64,000 nucleotides of DNA from an uncultured Opitutaceae bacterium (GCA_964355715.1 CAYHEW010000020.1:5529-69528); one strand, 5' to 3'. Numbered from the stretch's first letter, positions 45,944-57,492 are shown. Program-made: numbers and translations. The notes: a model not told the origin generated them from the sequence alone.

Positions 45944-47038
45944 TCACTCAGCGTGCACAATCACGAGGTCGTCGAAATGCAGCCCGCAGAACACGCGGTC
46001 GCCCTCGTGGAAGGCCTCGTTCATGGCGCTTTCGTTGGCCACGAGGGCCTGGAGGCGCGTGCCCTGGTCGGTGACGAGGCGGAGCTGGTCGGTCGCACCC
46101 TGGAAGATCTCCTCCTCGATGCGGGCCTCGAAGACGTTCTCGGTCTGCGGCCGCGAACGGGAGATGTGGATCTTCTCGGGGCGGATCGAGACGAGGGCCG
46201 TCGTCGCATCGGCCGGGAGCTCGAGCGCCGAGACGGTCAACTCGAGGCCGCCGTCGAGGCGGACGTGCGCCGTGAGCCCATGACGGGCAACGACGGCGCC
46301 GCTGAGCAAATTGGCCTGGCCGATGAAGTCGGCGGCAAAGGGCGTGCGCGGGCGGTGGTAGATCTCGGTGGCGGTGCCGAGCTGCTCGATGCGGCCGCGG
46401 TTGATGACGGCGATGCGGTCGCTCATCGTCAGGGCCTCCTCCTGGTCGTGAGTGACGAAGACAAAGGTGATGCCCAGGCGGCGCTGGAGGTGCTTGAGCT
46501 CGAGCCGCATCGTGTGGCGGAGCTTGGCATCGAGGGCCGAGAGGGGCTCGTCGAGGAGGAGCACCTTGGGCCGGCAGACGATGGCACGGGCCAGCGCGAC
46601 GCGCTGGCGCTGGCCGCCGGAGAGTTGGTCGGGCTGGCGCGCGGCGACCTCGCCCAGGGAAACCATGCCGAGCGCGTCGCGGATGCGCGCCTCGGCCTCG
46701 GCGGCCGGGACCCGTTGCATGCGCAGGCCAAAGCGGACGTTCTCGCGCACGGTGAGGTGCGGAAACAGCGCGTAACTCTGGAAGACCTGGTTGACGTTGC
46801 GCCGGTACGGCGGCTGGCAGGTGACATCGGCGCCATCGAGGAGGATGGCGCCGGCATCGGGAAACTCGAAGCCGGCGAGGAGACGCAGCAGCGTCGTCTT
46901 GCCGCAGCCGGAGGGTCCAAGGAGCGTCAGGAACTCGCCGGCACGCACGGAGAGGCTGACGTCGTCGACGGCGGTAAAGTCACCGAAGCGCTTGGTCACG
47001 CCGCGGACCTCGATCATGGCGGGCCGTTCGGGACTCAT
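45944..47038 (-). CDS. potA: spermidine/putrescine ABC transporter ATP-binding protein PotA
   Basis: Walker [10 protein letters not shown], signature LSGGQRQR, Walker [16 protein letters not shown]-like C-terminus. ATG 47038 overlaps the potB stop (ATGA). Confidence 0.9.
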   Translation of the reverse strand: MSPERPAMIEVRGVTKRFGDFTAVDDVSLSVRAGEFLTLLGPSGCGKTTLLRLLAGFEFPDAGAILLDGADVTCQPPYRRNVNQVFQSYALFPHLTVRENVRFGLRMQRVPAAEAEARIRDALGMVSLGEVAARQPDQLSGGQRQRVALARAIVCRPKVLLLDEPLSALDAKLRHTMRLELKHLQRRLGITFVFVTHDQEEALTMSDRIAVINRGRIEQLGTATEIYHRPRTPFAADFIGQANLLSGAVVARHGLTAHVRLDGGLELTVSALELPADATTALVSIRPEKIHISRSRPQTENVFEARIEEEIFQGATDQLRLVTDQGTRLQALVANESAMNEAFHEGDRVFCGLHFDDLVIVHAE

Positions 47039-47928
47039 TCGTGGATCCGCGCCCCGCGGCGCTGCAGGAGCAGGTAGGTGACGGCGAACATGAGCATGAA
47101 GACGACGCCGAGCGCGGCCCCGAAGGGCCAGTCGCGGGCCTGCATGAACTGGTTCTGGATCACGTTGCCGATCATGGGCACCTTGGCCCCGCCCATCAAG
47201 TCGGTGATCGCGAACATGCCGATGGCGGGCACGAACACGAGCAGCGTGCCGGCGGCGATGCCGGGCATCGTGAGCGGGATGATGACGCTGGCGAAGGCGC
47301 GGAGCGGCCCGGCCCCGAGGTCGTAGGCCGCCTCGACCAGGGAGTGGTCGAGTTTCTCGGCGCTGCTGTAGATGGGCAGAATCATGAATGGAAGGTAGGC
47401 GTACACGAGACCGATGACCACGGCGGCGGGGGTGTACATCAGCGACAACGGCGAGGTCGTGAGCTGCATCGCCTGCAGCAGGCCGTTGAGCAGGCCCTCC
47501 TGCTTGAGGATCGTGATCCAGGCATAGGTGCGGATCAGGAAGCTGGTCCAGAACGGCACCATGACCAGGAGCAGGAGCTGGTTGCGGCGCGCCTCGGGGG
47601 CCCGCGCGATGTAATACGCCATCGGATAGCCGATGATCACGCAGATGAGCGTGGTGATGCCGGCGTACCCGATGGAGCGGACAAAGATGCGCAGGTAAAC
47701 CGGGTCGAAAACCCGCGCGTAGTTGTCGAGGGTGAAGCTGAAGACCACCCCACCCACTTCGTCGCGCTCGCAGAAGCTGTAGACGAAGAGGATGACGGTG
47801 GGGACGACGACGAAGAGCGCGAGCCAAGCCACCATCGGTGCGAGCAGCGCCCAGGCCCGCCAGCCGGGCTGGCGACGGTCGTGGCCCGTCGTGGCGGGAT
47901 GGGTGCTCTGCGCGTCGGGCGCGTTCAC
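47035..47928 (-). CDS. potB: spermidine/putrescine ABC transporter permease PotB
   Basis: 297 aa with six TM segments and a PotB-like EAA loop ([22 protein letters not shown]). The GTG start overlaps the potD stop. Confidence 0.85.
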   Translation of the reverse strand: MNAPDAQSTHPATTGHDRRQPGWRAWALLAPMVAWLALFVVVPTVILFVYSFCERDEVGGVVFSFTLDNYARVFDPVYLRIFVRSIGYAGITTLICVIIGYPMAYYIARAPEARRNQLLLLVMVPFWTSFLIRTYAWITILKQEGLLNGLLQAMQLTTSPLSLMYTPAAVVIGLVYAYLPFMILPIYSSAEKLDHSLVEAAYDLGAGPLRAFASVIIPLTMPGIAAGTLLVFVPAIGMFAITDLMGGAKVPMIGNVIQNQFMQARDWPFGAALGVVFMLMFAVTYLLLQRRGARIHE

Positions 47929-48947
47929 TGCGCGCTCTTCAGGTCGGTGACGAGCTGGTCAATGTCGGCGGCCAGCCGACCGATGTCGCGGAAGGTCTCG
48001 AGCTTGCCCTCCTTCGGGTAGCTGGCGGGGTTCGCCAGCTCGTCGGAGCTCAGCAGCTTGCGCGCGGCGAGGTTCGGGTTGGTGTACGGGAACTTGGCCG
48101 AGATGAGCTTCGAGACCTCCGGGCGGAGGATGTAGTTGATGAGCGCGTGCGCCTCGGCCTGGTTCTTCGCATCGGCCGGGATCGCGAGCACGTCGATGAA
48201 CTGGTGAGCGCCCTCGGCGGGGAGGACGTACTGAAACTTGCGGTCCTCGTTCCAGAGGATGGCCGCCTCGCCGCTCCAGACGATGCCGAGGTCGACGTCG
48301 CCGTTGAGCAGCGCGGTCTTGGGGCTGTCGGAGTCGAAGACCTTCACGAGCTTCACCCACTCGGCCACGACCGGGCGGGCCTTCGCCAGGGTCGCCGGGC
48401 TGATGTCGTTCGCGGAGTGACCCAGCGAGTACAGGGCCCAGGTGACGAGTTCGCGGTTGTCGTTGAGGACGACGAGGCGATCCTTGTGCTGCGGCGCGAA
48501 GACGTCCTTGTAGCCGCGGATGGGGGTCTTGACCTTCTCGGTGTTGACGACGATGCCGACGGTGCCGGTCATGTAGGGCACGGTGTACTGGCCGGCCGGG
48601 TCGTGCGGGAGCTTCATCAGCGCCGGGTCGATGTTGCCGAGGTTGGTGAGCTTGGCGAGGTCGAGTGGGGCGAGCATCTTGCGCCGGATCATGACCTCGG
48701 CGGTGTAGTCGGAGGGCTGCACGAGGTCGTACGCCGAGCCGCCAGCGACGAGCTTGGAGAGCAGTTCCTCGTTCGAGGCGTAGGTCTCGAAGTTGACCTT
48801 GATGCCGGTCTCCGCGGTGAAGCCGTCGAGGACCTCCTGCGGGATGTATTCGGACCAGCCGAAGAGGTTGAGTTCACCCTTGGCCAGCAGGCCGGCGGAG
48901 CCGATCAGGGCGGACAAGGCGACGAGGGCGGTTTTGAGCAGGTTCAT
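47925..48947 (-). CDS. potD: spermidine/putrescine-binding periplasmic protein PotD
   Basis: 340 aa with a signal peptide. PotD-like blocks: [41 protein letters not shown], and IVWSGEA. Confidence 0.85.
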   Translation of the reverse strand: MNLLKTALVALSALIGSAGLLAKGELNLFGWSEYIPQEVLDGFTAETGIKVNFETYASNEELLSKLVAGGSAYDLVQPSDYTAEVMIRRKMLAPLDLAKLTNLGNIDPALMKLPHDPAGQYTVPYMTGTVGIVVNTEKVKTPIRGYKDVFAPQHKDRLVVLNDNRELVTWALYSLGHSANDISPATLAKARPVVAEWVKLVKVFDSDSPKTALLNGDVDLGIVWSGEAAILWNEDRKFQYVLPAEGAHQFIDVLAIPADAKNQAEAHALINYILRPEVSKLISAKFPYTNPNLAARKLLSSDELANPASYPKEGKLETFRDIGRLAADIDQLVTDLKSAQ

Positions 48948-48959
48948 GGTGGGAGGGGA

Positions 48960-49784
48960 TCAGCGCGGGTTCAGTTTTTTCAGGTAGGCGGAGAAAAGCA
49001 CGAAGGCCACGGTCGCCAAAATGAAGACCGCGGACAGCGCGTTGAGCATCGGGTTAAGCCCAACGCGTGCCAACCCATACACCTGAATCGGCAAGGTGGT
49101 GGAGGCGGCGCTGCGGATGAAATAGGTCACGATCAGCTCGTCCATGGACAGCGTGAAGGCCATGAGCGCGCCGGCCACGATGGCGGGCCGCAGGCTGGGG
49201 ATGATGACGAACCAGAAGGCCTTGAATGGCGTCGCCCCGAGGTCGAGCGCCGCCTCCTCGAGGGCCGGGTCCAGGCCCTGGAGCCGCGCCTGGACGGCGA
49301 CCAGCACGAACGGAAAGCAGAACGTGACGTGGCCGATGATGACGCTCGTGAATCCGAGGCGCATCCCGGCCGAGGCGAAGAGGATAAGCAGGCTGATGCC
49401 CATCAGGATCTCCGGCATGACCATCGGGATGGCCACGAGCGTCTGGATGCCGCGGGCGAACCGGTAACGGTAGCGATGGAGCAGCCAGGCGCCGGCAGTG
49501 CCGAGGACGACCGACAGGGCGGTGCTGACCCCGGCGATGATGAGGCTGTTCTTGGCCGCCTTGATCAGCGGCCCGTTGGCCCAGAGGCGGGCGTACCAGT
49601 CGAGGGTGAAACCCTCCCAGACGATGTTCAGACGGGAGGAGTTGAACGAATAGACGACGAGGACCGCGATCGGCAGGTAAAGGAACCCCAACCCGAGCAG
49701 GGTCCAGACGCCCAGCGCGCGATTGAGCACGGTGATGCCGGAGGGCAGAAAGGGGCGCGACGAGGTCGGGGACGACGAAGCCAA
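48960..49784 (-). CDS. potC: spermidine/putrescine ABC transporter permease PotC
   Basis: PotC-like LYLPIAVLVVYSFNSSR...WEGFTLDWY and EAA loop EEAALDLGATPFKAFWFVIIP. The track start is TTG 49784. GTG 49730 gives a more typical N-terminus. Confidence 0.85.
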   Translation of the reverse strand: MASSSPTSSRPFLPSGITVLNRALGVWTLLGLGFLYLPIAVLVVYSFNSSRLNIVWEGFTLDWYARLWANGPLIKAAKNSLIIAGVSTALSVVLGTAGAWLLHRYRYRFARGIQTLVAIPMVMPEILMGISLLILFASAGMRLGFTSVIIGHVTFCFPFVLVAVQARLQGLDPALEEAALDLGATPFKAFWFVIIPSLRPAIVAGALMAFTLSMDELIVTYFIRSAASTTLPIQVYGLARVGLNPMLNALSAVFILATVAFVLFSAYLKKLNPR

Positions 49785-49852
49785 GATGACATCGTTTCAG
49801 TGGATTGACCCGGGCAAGGCAAGCGGTTTGGCACCGCGCGAATGCGCCGGGC

Positions 49853-52843
49853 TTACTTCCCGCCGCCGAGGAGCTTGTTGAGCAGGTCGCCGGCGCCGGA
49901 CTTTTCCAGGGCGAGGGCGGTGAGCGTGCGGTTGATTTCGCTCGTATCGGGCGCCCGCAGGGTGCCGCCGATGCGCAGCGGGAGATTGCAACCGGTGTAG
50001 CCAAGCACGTCCGGCTCACCCTCGAGCGTGCCGAGATATTTCAGCAGGTGCGCCGCCCGCCCGCGGGCCCGCAGCTTGAATTCCATGGCGAGCGCCCCAT
50101 CGAGAATCGACGCGCCCGGCTGGACCGCGGCCCGGCCGTCCCCGGAAAGGCGCAACTCGGGCGAGATGAGGGTAAACTCCTCGAGCAGGGCGGTGCGGGC
50201 ATCATCGCGCGTGACCTTCACGCTAAGCTGGTCGTACGGAATTGCCGCGAGGAGCCGGGAAACCTCTGATACCGCCTGCGCACGGTTGGCGATGTCGGCA
50301 TATTCCTTCTTGCCGGTGACGGATCCCAGCAGGCTGCCGACCGCGGCCACGCCGGCGGCGATGCGGCTGGTGGACTCGGCCTTGCTCGCCACGTTGACGG
50401 GCAGGCCGTGAAAGGTACCCCCCTTGCTGGTAAGTTGGACGGCACCGTGGGCTGACCCGAGGACCTCCGGCAGGGTCGCCGCGCGACCGGTCAGGTGGCT
50501 GAAAAGGTCGAAGCGGCCGTCAACCGTGGCCGCCTGCCCGGAGCCGAGCGAGGCGAACAGCGGGCGCGGGTTGAAGTCGTGCACGCTGAGGTCACCGTCG
50601 AGTACGTACGGCTGGTTGGAGGCGGGTTCGAAGGCGAGGCCTCCCGCCATCTTGGCCGTCCCCTCCTGCCCCAGCCCCAGCTGGATCTCCGGGACTTTCA
50701 GTGAACCGGGCTCGAGCCGCACGGTGCCCGTGACGTTGCTCACCTCGAACTGGTCGAGGAAATGGAGCCGTTGCAGCGCCAGCTCGATCCGGCCACCGAA
50801 GCCGGCCCAGAACGGCTGGGGTTCGGTGCCACCGCCCGCCGGCGTCGAGGCCGCCTCGGACGTCGCGGCGGTGATCGCGGCCAGCACCTGAACATCCTCG
50901 AGAAAAACCTCGCGACTCGTGACCCGGGCCTCGACCTGATGACTGTCGCCCTGGGCCTGCAATGATCCGGCGACGGTCAGATCGGACTGACGGGATCGGG
51001 CCGCTTGGCTGATGACGAGCGGAAGATTGAATGCGGTCCGACCATCGGCCGCGGTGTCGGCGCGGAGATCGGCGGAGATTGTCGGCAGGCTCTCACCCGT
51101 CGAAACGGCCAACTCGTCAAAGCGCAGGTTGGCCTGCAATTCCCGGCTGCTACCCAGGCTGACCGTGAAGTCACCCTGCCCGCGACCGCCCGTGAGGTTG
51201 GCGGTGCCCTGCAGGATCGGTTGCTGCAGCAGAGCCGGAAGCAGTGCGCTCCAGCGGCCGGTGGCCTTGATGGGCTGGTCGGCGCCGGCGCGCCGGCCGG
51301 CCTTGGCCGCAAGCGTCAGCCAGGGCGTCGCACCCAGACCGAAGCGCAGCGCGGACAGGTCCACCTGCCAGCCGAGGGGCGAATACTCCGCGCTGGCCTC
51401 GGCTTCGACATCGAGATTGGCGAGCAACGGCCGCTGGTGGTCGGCCAGGGCCAGGCCGTCGAGGCGCAGCGGCGTGCGGGTGCGCACGACTAGGCCGCCG
51501 CCGGCGGCACCAGCGGTGAGTTCGCCGCGGATCGCCCCGCCCGTGAGCACGTAGGGTTGCGCAAAGGGCGCCAGCCAGCGCACCGGCAGGTCCTGGAGGC
51601 GGATGACGACGAGGTCGGCCGACGGATTGGCGACCTTGAGCTCGCCCGTGCGCGGCTTGAATTCGAAGGCCTGCTGCGATTGGACAGCGAGGACGGGCTC
51701 CGGGCGGCTGACATTGAGGAGGAGGCGATCGACGCGCACGGCGCCCTGATGGAGCGTGACGTCGAATTCGCTGAACAGGCCGACGACGCCGACGACTTCG
51801 AGCTCCGGACGGAAGATGCCGAGGCGGCTGGCCGACGACTGGAGCCGGCCCGCGGCGTGAACGACATCGAAGGCCGTGTCCGACTCGAACATGCCCGCAC
51901 CCACGGCCTCGAAGGCCGGGAGCAGCCGCCCGAGGGCGAACGGTGCGAGATCGGTGTCGCGCACATCGAGCTTCCACACGCCGCCGAAGCGGGCGCTCTC
52001 GGCCGGGTAGTTGGCCTGGAGGTCGACGAGGCGCTTGCCGAGCGACTGCACGTTGAGGGTGTAGTTTTCTCCGCCGGGCACGCGCGCGGCGATGACCTCG
52101 GCGGTGAGCTGTACATCCGACGACAGCGCGGGTCCGGCCGCCCGGGCATTAAAACGGGCGCCGAGGCGGGTGAAGGTCCGGGGCGTGTCCATGGTCGCCT
52201 CGAAGCGTCCATTGACCTCGAGCGAACGGACCGGCGAGTCCGCCCCGGCGAGCGCGAAGCGGGCGGCAAAGGTGAAGGCGCCTTCCCGGCCGCCGGCGAG
52301 TCCCCCACCCTGCACGGTGACCTGGGCGCGCGTGGCCGGTTGGCCGGGCGGGCCGGGCAAGATGACCTCGCCGGCGAGGTCCACCCCGTCGACCGCGAGG
52401 TCGGCCGGGAGGCGCAGGTCGGTGAAGATGCCGCGGAAAACCAAGGCGACCGCAGTGGCCGCAGCCTCGGGCGTCGCCGGTGCGGCGCCGGCGGCTGGCG
52501 TCGCGCCGTTCACCGCCGTGAGGTCGAGGATCCAACCGCGGGCGACGAGGCGCCGGATGACGAGCCGGTCGCGGCCGATGGCGTCGATGACCGCGAGATC
52601 GGCCGTCGCGGCCGGCAGGTTCAGGACGGCGCCACCGGACTGGAAGCGCACGGACTCGAGCTGCACCTGCTGCAGGCCCGCGGCCACGCGGCCGAGGGTG
52701 ACCTGGTAACCCGGTTGGTTGGCCAGGGCGCGGCGCGCGGCCCAGGTCTGGACGGCCGGCGTGAAGGCCAGGAGCGTGGCGATCACCAACAACCCGGCAA
52801 GGGTGACCAAGCCGATCAGGACGAAGCGGAGGAGCCTATTCAT
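49853..52843 (-). CDS. AsmA/TamB-like outer-membrane biogenesis protein
   Basis: 996 aa. N-terminal anchor LRFVLIGLVTLAGLLVIATLLAF, a long beta-rich repetitive body, and a C-terminal AsmA-like motif NLPLRIGGTLRAPD. Confidence 0.6.
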   Translation of the reverse strand: MNRLLRFVLIGLVTLAGLLVIATLLAFTPAVQTWAARRALANQPGYQVTLGRVAAGLQQVQLESVRFQSGGAVLNLPAATADLAVIDAIGRDRLVIRRLVARGWILDLTAVNGATPAAGAAPATPEAAATAVALVFRGIFTDLRLPADLAVDGVDLAGEVILPGPPGQPATRAQVTVQGGGLAGGREGAFTFAARFALAGADSPVRSLEVNGRFEATMDTPRTFTRLGARFNARAAGPALSSDVQLTAEVIAARVPGGENYTLNVQSLGKRLVDLQANYPAESARFGGVWKLDVRDTDLAPFALGRLLPAFEAVGAGMFESDTAFDVVHAAGRLQSSASRLGIFRPELEVVGVVGLFSEFDVTLHQGAVRVDRLLLNVSRPEPVLAVQSQQAFEFKPRTGELKVANPSADLVVIRLQDLPVRWLAPFAQPYVLTGGAIRGELTAGAAGGGLVVRTRTPLRLDGLALADHQRPLLANLDVEAEASAEYSPLGWQVDLSALRFGLGATPWLTLAAKAGRRAGADQPIKATGRWSALLPALLQQPILQGTANLTGGRGQGDFTVSLGSSRELQANLRFDELAVSTGESLPTISADLRADTAADGRTAFNLPLVISQAARSRQSDLTVAGSLQAQGDSHQVEARVTSREVFLEDVQVLAAITAATSEAASTPAGGGTEPQPFWAGFGGRIELALQRLHFLDQFEVSNVTGTVRLEPGSLKVPEIQLGLGQEGTAKMAGGLAFEPASNQPYVLDGDLSVHDFNPRPLFASLGSGQAATVDGRFDLFSHLTGRAATLPEVLGSAHGAVQLTSKGGTFHGLPVNVASKAESTSRIAAGVAAVGSLLGSVTGKKEYADIANRAQAVSEVSRLLAAIPYDQLSVKVTRDDARTALLEEFTLISPELRLSGDGRAAVQPGASILDGALAMEFKLRARGRAAHLLKYLGTLEGEPDVLGYTGCNLPLRIGGTLRAPDTSEINRTLTALALEKSGAGDLLNKLLGGGK

Positions 52844-52921
52844 GCGCGCTGGGCAAAGACACCGGGGGGCGACAGGAGTTGCGGCAAACGCAACCGGCGG
52901 CGGCGCGCCCGCGCCACCGCA

Positions 52922-54280
52922 CTAGAGCAGCGGATCGGGGTCGCCGAGGGCCTTGCGCATGGCGGCGAGCGCGACGTTGTGGTTGTAGAAGGCGATGAGC
53001 TGGTTCAGCCGGGCGTCGGTCAGCGCGACCTGACTGGTGAGGACGTCGAGCTGGGTGGCCGTGCCCGCACCGTAGCGGACATTGGCGAGGCGGAGGGCCT
53101 CGGTGGCCTGCTCGACGACCTTGCCGGAGGCCTCGACGAGTTCCCACGCCTCGGTGAGGGCGGAATGGGCGCGGCGGACCTCGACGTCGATGGCCAGGGT
53201 GGTCTCGTCGAGCGCGAGCTTGGTCTGCATCAGGCGGGATTTCGCCTGGGCGACGCGGCCGGCGGTGGCGCGGCCGTCAAATACATCCCAGGAGGCCTGT
53301 ACGCCGGCGGTCCAGCCGTCGCGCCGGTCGCTCCAGCCGGTGGAGGGGCCGCCGCGCACCCAGTCGTAGCGCCCGAATGCGGCGACCTGCGGGACATAAT
53401 TGGAGCGGGCGACGACGACCTGCTGCTCGCCGGCCTCGTCGAGGCGGGCGAGACGCTGGAGCTCGGGCCGCTGGGCGCGGGCGCGGGCCAGGGCATCGCG
53501 GAGGTCATACGCGGGCTGCGCGCCGGCCTCGAGCGTGCCCACGAACTGCGGAACCTTCGTGACGTTGGAGCCGCTGGCGTTGGCGAAACCGAGAACCTGG
53601 CGCAGTTCCTCGATCGCGACGCGGTAGGAATTGCGGGCGGTGATGAGCGCCGGGCGGCCGTTGGCGAGGGCGACCTCGGCCCGGAGGACCTCGAAGTTGG
53701 AGGTGGCCCCGGCCTCGAAGCGGTTGCGCGCGTCCTTGAGCTGCTCCTCGAGCAGCTTGACGTTCTCCTCCTGGACGCCGATGCGCTGCTGCGCGAGCAG
53801 CACCGAATAGAAACGCTGGCGGACGAGGAGGAGCTGCTCGTTGATGACGCCCTGGAGCTCGAGGGCGGCGGCCTCGCGGGCGAGCTTCGAGCCCTTGACG
53901 GAGGCGGCGACCCCGCCGCCGGCGTAGATCACCTGCGTGGCCTGCACGCCGACGCCCCAGTCGCGGGTCTGCGCGGGCATGGACGCCGAGACGTCCTTGG
54001 CGTTGCGGGTGTAGTCGGCGCTGGCGCTGAGGTTCGGGATCTGCGCCGAGCGGACCTCGAGGATGATGCCCTCCTGTTCGCGGATACGCTCCTGCGCCTG
54101 GCGGATGGCGTAGTTGTTATCGAGCGCGAAGGAGAGCGCGTAGGTCAGGCTGAGCTCCTCCGGCACCGCGAAATCGGGATCGGGCTGGCCATCACGCTGG
54201 AAGGGCGGCGTCTCGGCCGCCAGCGGTAGGCTGGCGGCCAGCATCAGGGCGGCGAGCAGGGTGGTTGGGACGGATTTCAT
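52922..54280 (-). CDS. TolC-family outer membrane efflux protein
   Basis: 452 aa from ATG 54280 (MKSVPTTLLAALMLAASLPLAA). Two OEP repeats. Lies directly downstream of the RND pump. Confidence 0.85.
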   Translation of the reverse strand: MKSVPTTLLAALMLAASLPLAAETPPFQRDGQPDPDFAVPEELSLTYALSFALDNNYAIRQAQERIREQEGIILEVRSAQIPNLSASADYTRNAKDVSASMPAQTRDWGVGVQATQVIYAGGGVAASVKGSKLAREAAALELQGVINEQLLLVRQRFYSVLLAQQRIGVQEENVKLLEEQLKDARNRFEAGATSNFEVLRAEVALANGRPALITARNSYRVAIEELRQVLGFANASGSNVTKVPQFVGTLEAGAQPAYDLRDALARARAQRPELQRLARLDEAGEQQVVVARSNYVPQVAAFGRYDWVRGGPSTGWSDRRDGWTAGVQASWDVFDGRATAGRVAQAKSRLMQTKLALDETTLAIDVEVRRAHSALTEAWELVEASGKVVEQATEALRLANVRYGAGTATQLDVLTSQVALTDARLNQLIAFYNHNVALAAMRKALGDPDPLL

Positions 54281-54296
54281 AGGGCGAACGGGACAA

Positions 54297-57200
54297 TCAT
54301 TTGGCGACCGGGGCCGGGACCGGCACGGAAGCGGTTGCGTCCGCGCGGTCTTCGGCCTGGCGTTCCTTGGCAATCAGCATGTACAGGGCCGGGACCACGA
54401 AAAGCGCAAACGCGGTGCCGATGGTCATGCCGCCGACCAGGGTGAGGCCGATGGAATTGCGCGCCGCCGCGCCGGCACCCGAGACGAGGGTCAGCGGGAA
54501 GTGGCCGGCGACGGTCGCCGCGGTGGTCATGAGGATGGGTCGCAGGCGCGTCAGGGCGGCGTCGTGGACAGCCTCGTACTTCGAGGCGCCGGCCAGCTGG
54601 CGCTGGTTGGCGAACTCGACGATGAGGATGCCGTTCTTGGCGATCAGGCCGACGAGCGTGACCAGGCCGACCTGCGAGTAGATGTTGAACGTGGTCGTCC
54701 AGCCGTCGGTGAAGAACGGCACGTTCGGGGCCGGCATCTTCAGGAACATGAAGATCGAGGCGCCGAAGATCGCCAGCGGCACGGAGCCGAGGAGGATGAC
54801 CATGGGGTCGCGGAAGCTGTTGAACTGCGCCGCGAGCACGAGGAAGATGAGGATCGTGGCGAGACCCATCGTGGTCCAGAACTTGGCGTTTCCGCCCTCG
54901 ATGCGCAGCTGGCGCGATTCGCCGGTGTAGTCGATGTTGTAGCCTTTGGGCAGGATCTTGGCGGCCTCGTCCTCGAGCAGGCGCAGGGCCTGGTCGAGCG
55001 GCAGGCCGGCGACGCCGGAGATCTTGACCGCGTTGAGCTGCTGGAAGCGGTTGAGCGACCGCGGCACGACCTTGGTCTGGATGGTCGCGAAGGTGCTCAA
55101 CGGCACGAGCTGACCGCCCGGGCCGGTGACGTAGATGTCGGTGAGCTGGTCCGGGTTGAGCCGGTCCACGCGCTTGACCTGCGGGATGACCTTGTAGCTG
55201 CGGCCGGCGATGCTGAAGCGGTTGACGTAGTTACCGCCGATCGCGGAGGCCACGTCGGCGCCGACCTGCTGGAGGTTGAGGCCCATGTTCGCGACCTTCT
55301 CGCGGTCGATGATGAGCTCCGCCTCGGGCTGGTCGATCTTCACGTCGATGATCGGCGGGAAGTAGAACTTGCCGCTCTTCATCGCCGCTTCCTGGATCTG
55401 GTGGGCGAACTTGAGGATCTGTTCCGTGTCGGCCGTGGAGGCGATGACGAACTCGACCGGGAAGTCGCCGCCGCCGGGGAGAGCCGGGGGCGTGACCGGG
55501 AACATCTGGATGCCGGGGATCGCGGCCAGCTTGGCCTGCGCCTCGGGCATGATCTCGAAGACCGTCCGCTCGCGCTTTTCCCAGGGCTGGAGCACGAGGC
55601 CGCCGAAACCCTGGCTGGCGAAGGTGATCTGGAACATGAAGTCCTTCTCCGGGATCGTCTGGAGCGCCTCGTTGGCGGCGGCGGTGAACTTCGCGGTCTG
55701 GTCGAGCGTCGCGTTGGCCGAGGCGTCGACGATGCCGAAGATGATGCCCTGGTCCTCCGTGGGCGCGAGTTCGCCGGATGACTGGGTGATCATCGCGTAG
55801 CCGAGCAGGCCGAGCGTGATCCACACGGCGTAGACGTAGCGGCGGTTGGCGAGCGCGATGTCGAGCAGGCGGCCGTAGAAGGCCTTCAGCTTCTCGAAGT
55901 GGCGGTTGATCATGCCCGCGAAGCCGTGCTCCTCGTCGGAGGCGCGCAGGAGGCGCGACGACATCATCGGGGAGAGCGTGAGGGCGACGATGCCGGAGAT
56001 CGTGACGGCGCCGGCGAGGGTGAAGGCGAACTCGCGGAAGAGCGAGCCGGTGAGGCCGCCCTGCAGGCCGATCGGGGCGTACACCGCCGCGAGCGTGATG
56101 GTCATCGCGATGATCGGCCCGACGAGCTCGCGGGCGCCGAGGATGGCGGCATCCATCGGCGACTCGCCGCTGCGCAGGTGGCGCTCGACGTTTTCGACGA
56201 CGACAATGGCGTCGTCGACGACCAGACCGACCGAGAGCACGATCGCGAGCAGCGTCAGCAGGTTGATCGTGAATCCGAAGAGCTGCATCAGGAAGATCGC
56301 GCCGATAAGCGAGAGCGGGATGGCGATCACCGGGACGAGCACGGAGCGGAAGGTGCCCAGGAAGAGGAAGATGATGATCACCACGATGATCAGCGTGTCG
56401 ACCAGGGTGTGGACGACCTCGTTGATGGCGTTGTTGATGTAGTCCGTGGCGTCGTAGGCGATGACCGCCTGTACGCCGCTGGGCAGCTCCTTCTGGATCG
56501 ACTCCATCTCGACGCGGACGGCCTTGATGACATCGATCGAGTTGGCGTTCGGCAGGGCCCAGATGCCCATGAAGACGGCGGTCTGGCCGGAGAAGCGCAC
56601 GTCGGCGCTGTAGTCCTCGGCCCCGAGCACGACGTCGGCGATGTCGCCGAGGCGCACGACGCTGTCATTCTGTTCGCGGATGACGAGCTGCTTGAACTCC
56701 TCGACCGAGCGCAGGTCGGTGTTGGCCGTGAGGTTGACCTGCACGAGCGAGCCCTTGGTGCTGCCGACGGCGGCGAGGTAGTTGTTGGCCGCAAGGGCGG
56801 TGCGCACCTGGACGGGGCTGATGTTGAGCGCGGCCATGCGCTCGGGCTTGAGCCAGGCGCGCATGGCGAAGGTGCGGGCGCCGAGGATGTCGGCGCGCTG
56901 CACGCCCGTCACGGCGGAAAGCCGCGGCTGGATGGCGCGGACAAGGTAGTCGGTGATCTCGTTCTGCTCGAGGACGTCTGAGTTGAAGCTCAGGTACGCC
57001 GAGGCGAACCGGCTGTCGGCCGACTCGATGTTGATGACCGGCACCTCGGCCTCGGGCGGGAGCTCGCCGCGGACCTGGTCGACCTTGGACCCGATCTCCG
57101 CCAGGGCCTTGGTGGCGTCGTAGTTGAGCTTGAGGCGGGCGGTGATGGTCGAGACGCCCTGGCTGCTCTGCGACTGGATGTAGTCGATGCCGTCGGCCGC

Positions 57201-57416
57201 CGCGATGGCGCGCTCGAGAGGCGTGGTGATGAAGCCGCGGACGAGCTCGGCGCTGGCGCCGACGTACACCGTGGTGACGGTGACGGAGGCGTTTTCGCTG
57301 CGGGGATACTGGCGCACGTTGAGCGTGCGCATGGCCTGGAAGCCGGCGATGATGATCACGAGGTTGACCACGATCGCCAGCACCGGGCGACGGATGAAGA
57401 TGTCGGTAAATTTCAT
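54297..57416 (-). CDS. RND multidrug efflux transporter (AcrB/HAE1 family)
   Basis: 1039 aa. N-terminus MKFTDIFIRRPVLAIVVNLVIIIAG. Twelve-TM pattern with two large periplasmic loops. Confidence 0.9.
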   Translation of the reverse strand: MKFTDIFIRRPVLAIVVNLVIIIAGFQAMRTLNVRQYPRSENASVTVTTVYVGASAELVRGFITTPLERAIAAADGIDYIQSQSSQGVSTITARLKLNYDATKALAEIGSKVDQVRGELPPEAEVPVINIESADSRFASAYLSFNSDVLEQNEITDYLVRAIQPRLSAVTGVQRADILGARTFAMRAWLKPERMAALNISPVQVRTALAANNYLAAVGSTKGSLVQVNLTANTDLRSVEEFKQLVIREQNDSVVRLGDIADVVLGAEDYSADVRFSGQTAVFMGIWALPNANSIDVIKAVRVEMESIQKELPSGVQAVIAYDATDYINNAINEVVHTLVDTLIIVVIIIFLFLGTFRSVLVPVIAIPLSLIGAIFLMQLFGFTINLLTLLAIVLSVGLVVDDAIVVVENVERHLRSGESPMDAAILGARELVGPIIAMTITLAAVYAPIGLQGGLTGSLFREFAFTLAGAVTISGIVALTLSPMMSSRLLRASDEEHGFAGMINRHFEKLKAFYGRLLDIALANRRYVYAVWITLGLLGYAMITQSSGELAPTEDQGIIFGIVDASANATLDQTAKFTAAANEALQTIPEKDFMFQITFASQGFGGLVLQPWEKRERTVFEIMPEAQAKLAAIPGIQMFPVTPPALPGGGDFPVEFVIASTADTEQILKFAHQIQEAAMKSGKFYFPPIIDVKIDQPEAELIIDREKVANMGLNLQQVGADVASAIGGNYVNRFSIAGRSYKVIPQVKRVDRLNPDQLTDIYVTGPGGQLVPLSTFATIQTKVVPRSLNRFQQLNAVKISGVAGLPLDQALRLLEDEAAKILPKGYNIDYTGESRQLRIEGGNAKFWTTMGLATILIFLVLAAQFNSFRDPMVILLGSVPLAIFGASIFMFLKMPAPNVPFFTDGWTTTFNIYSQVGLVTLVGLIAKNGILIVEFANQRQLAGASKYEAVHDAALTRLRPILMTTAATVAGHFPLTLVSGAGAAARNSIGLTLVGGMTIGTAFALFVVPALYMLIAKERQAEDRADATASVPVPAPVAK

Positions 57417-57492
57417 GGGTGGGGGTCGCTTGCCGGCCTACGCCACGCGGGGACGCGCGGCCGGGAAACGGGCGTTGGTGTGGTGGCGGCCC

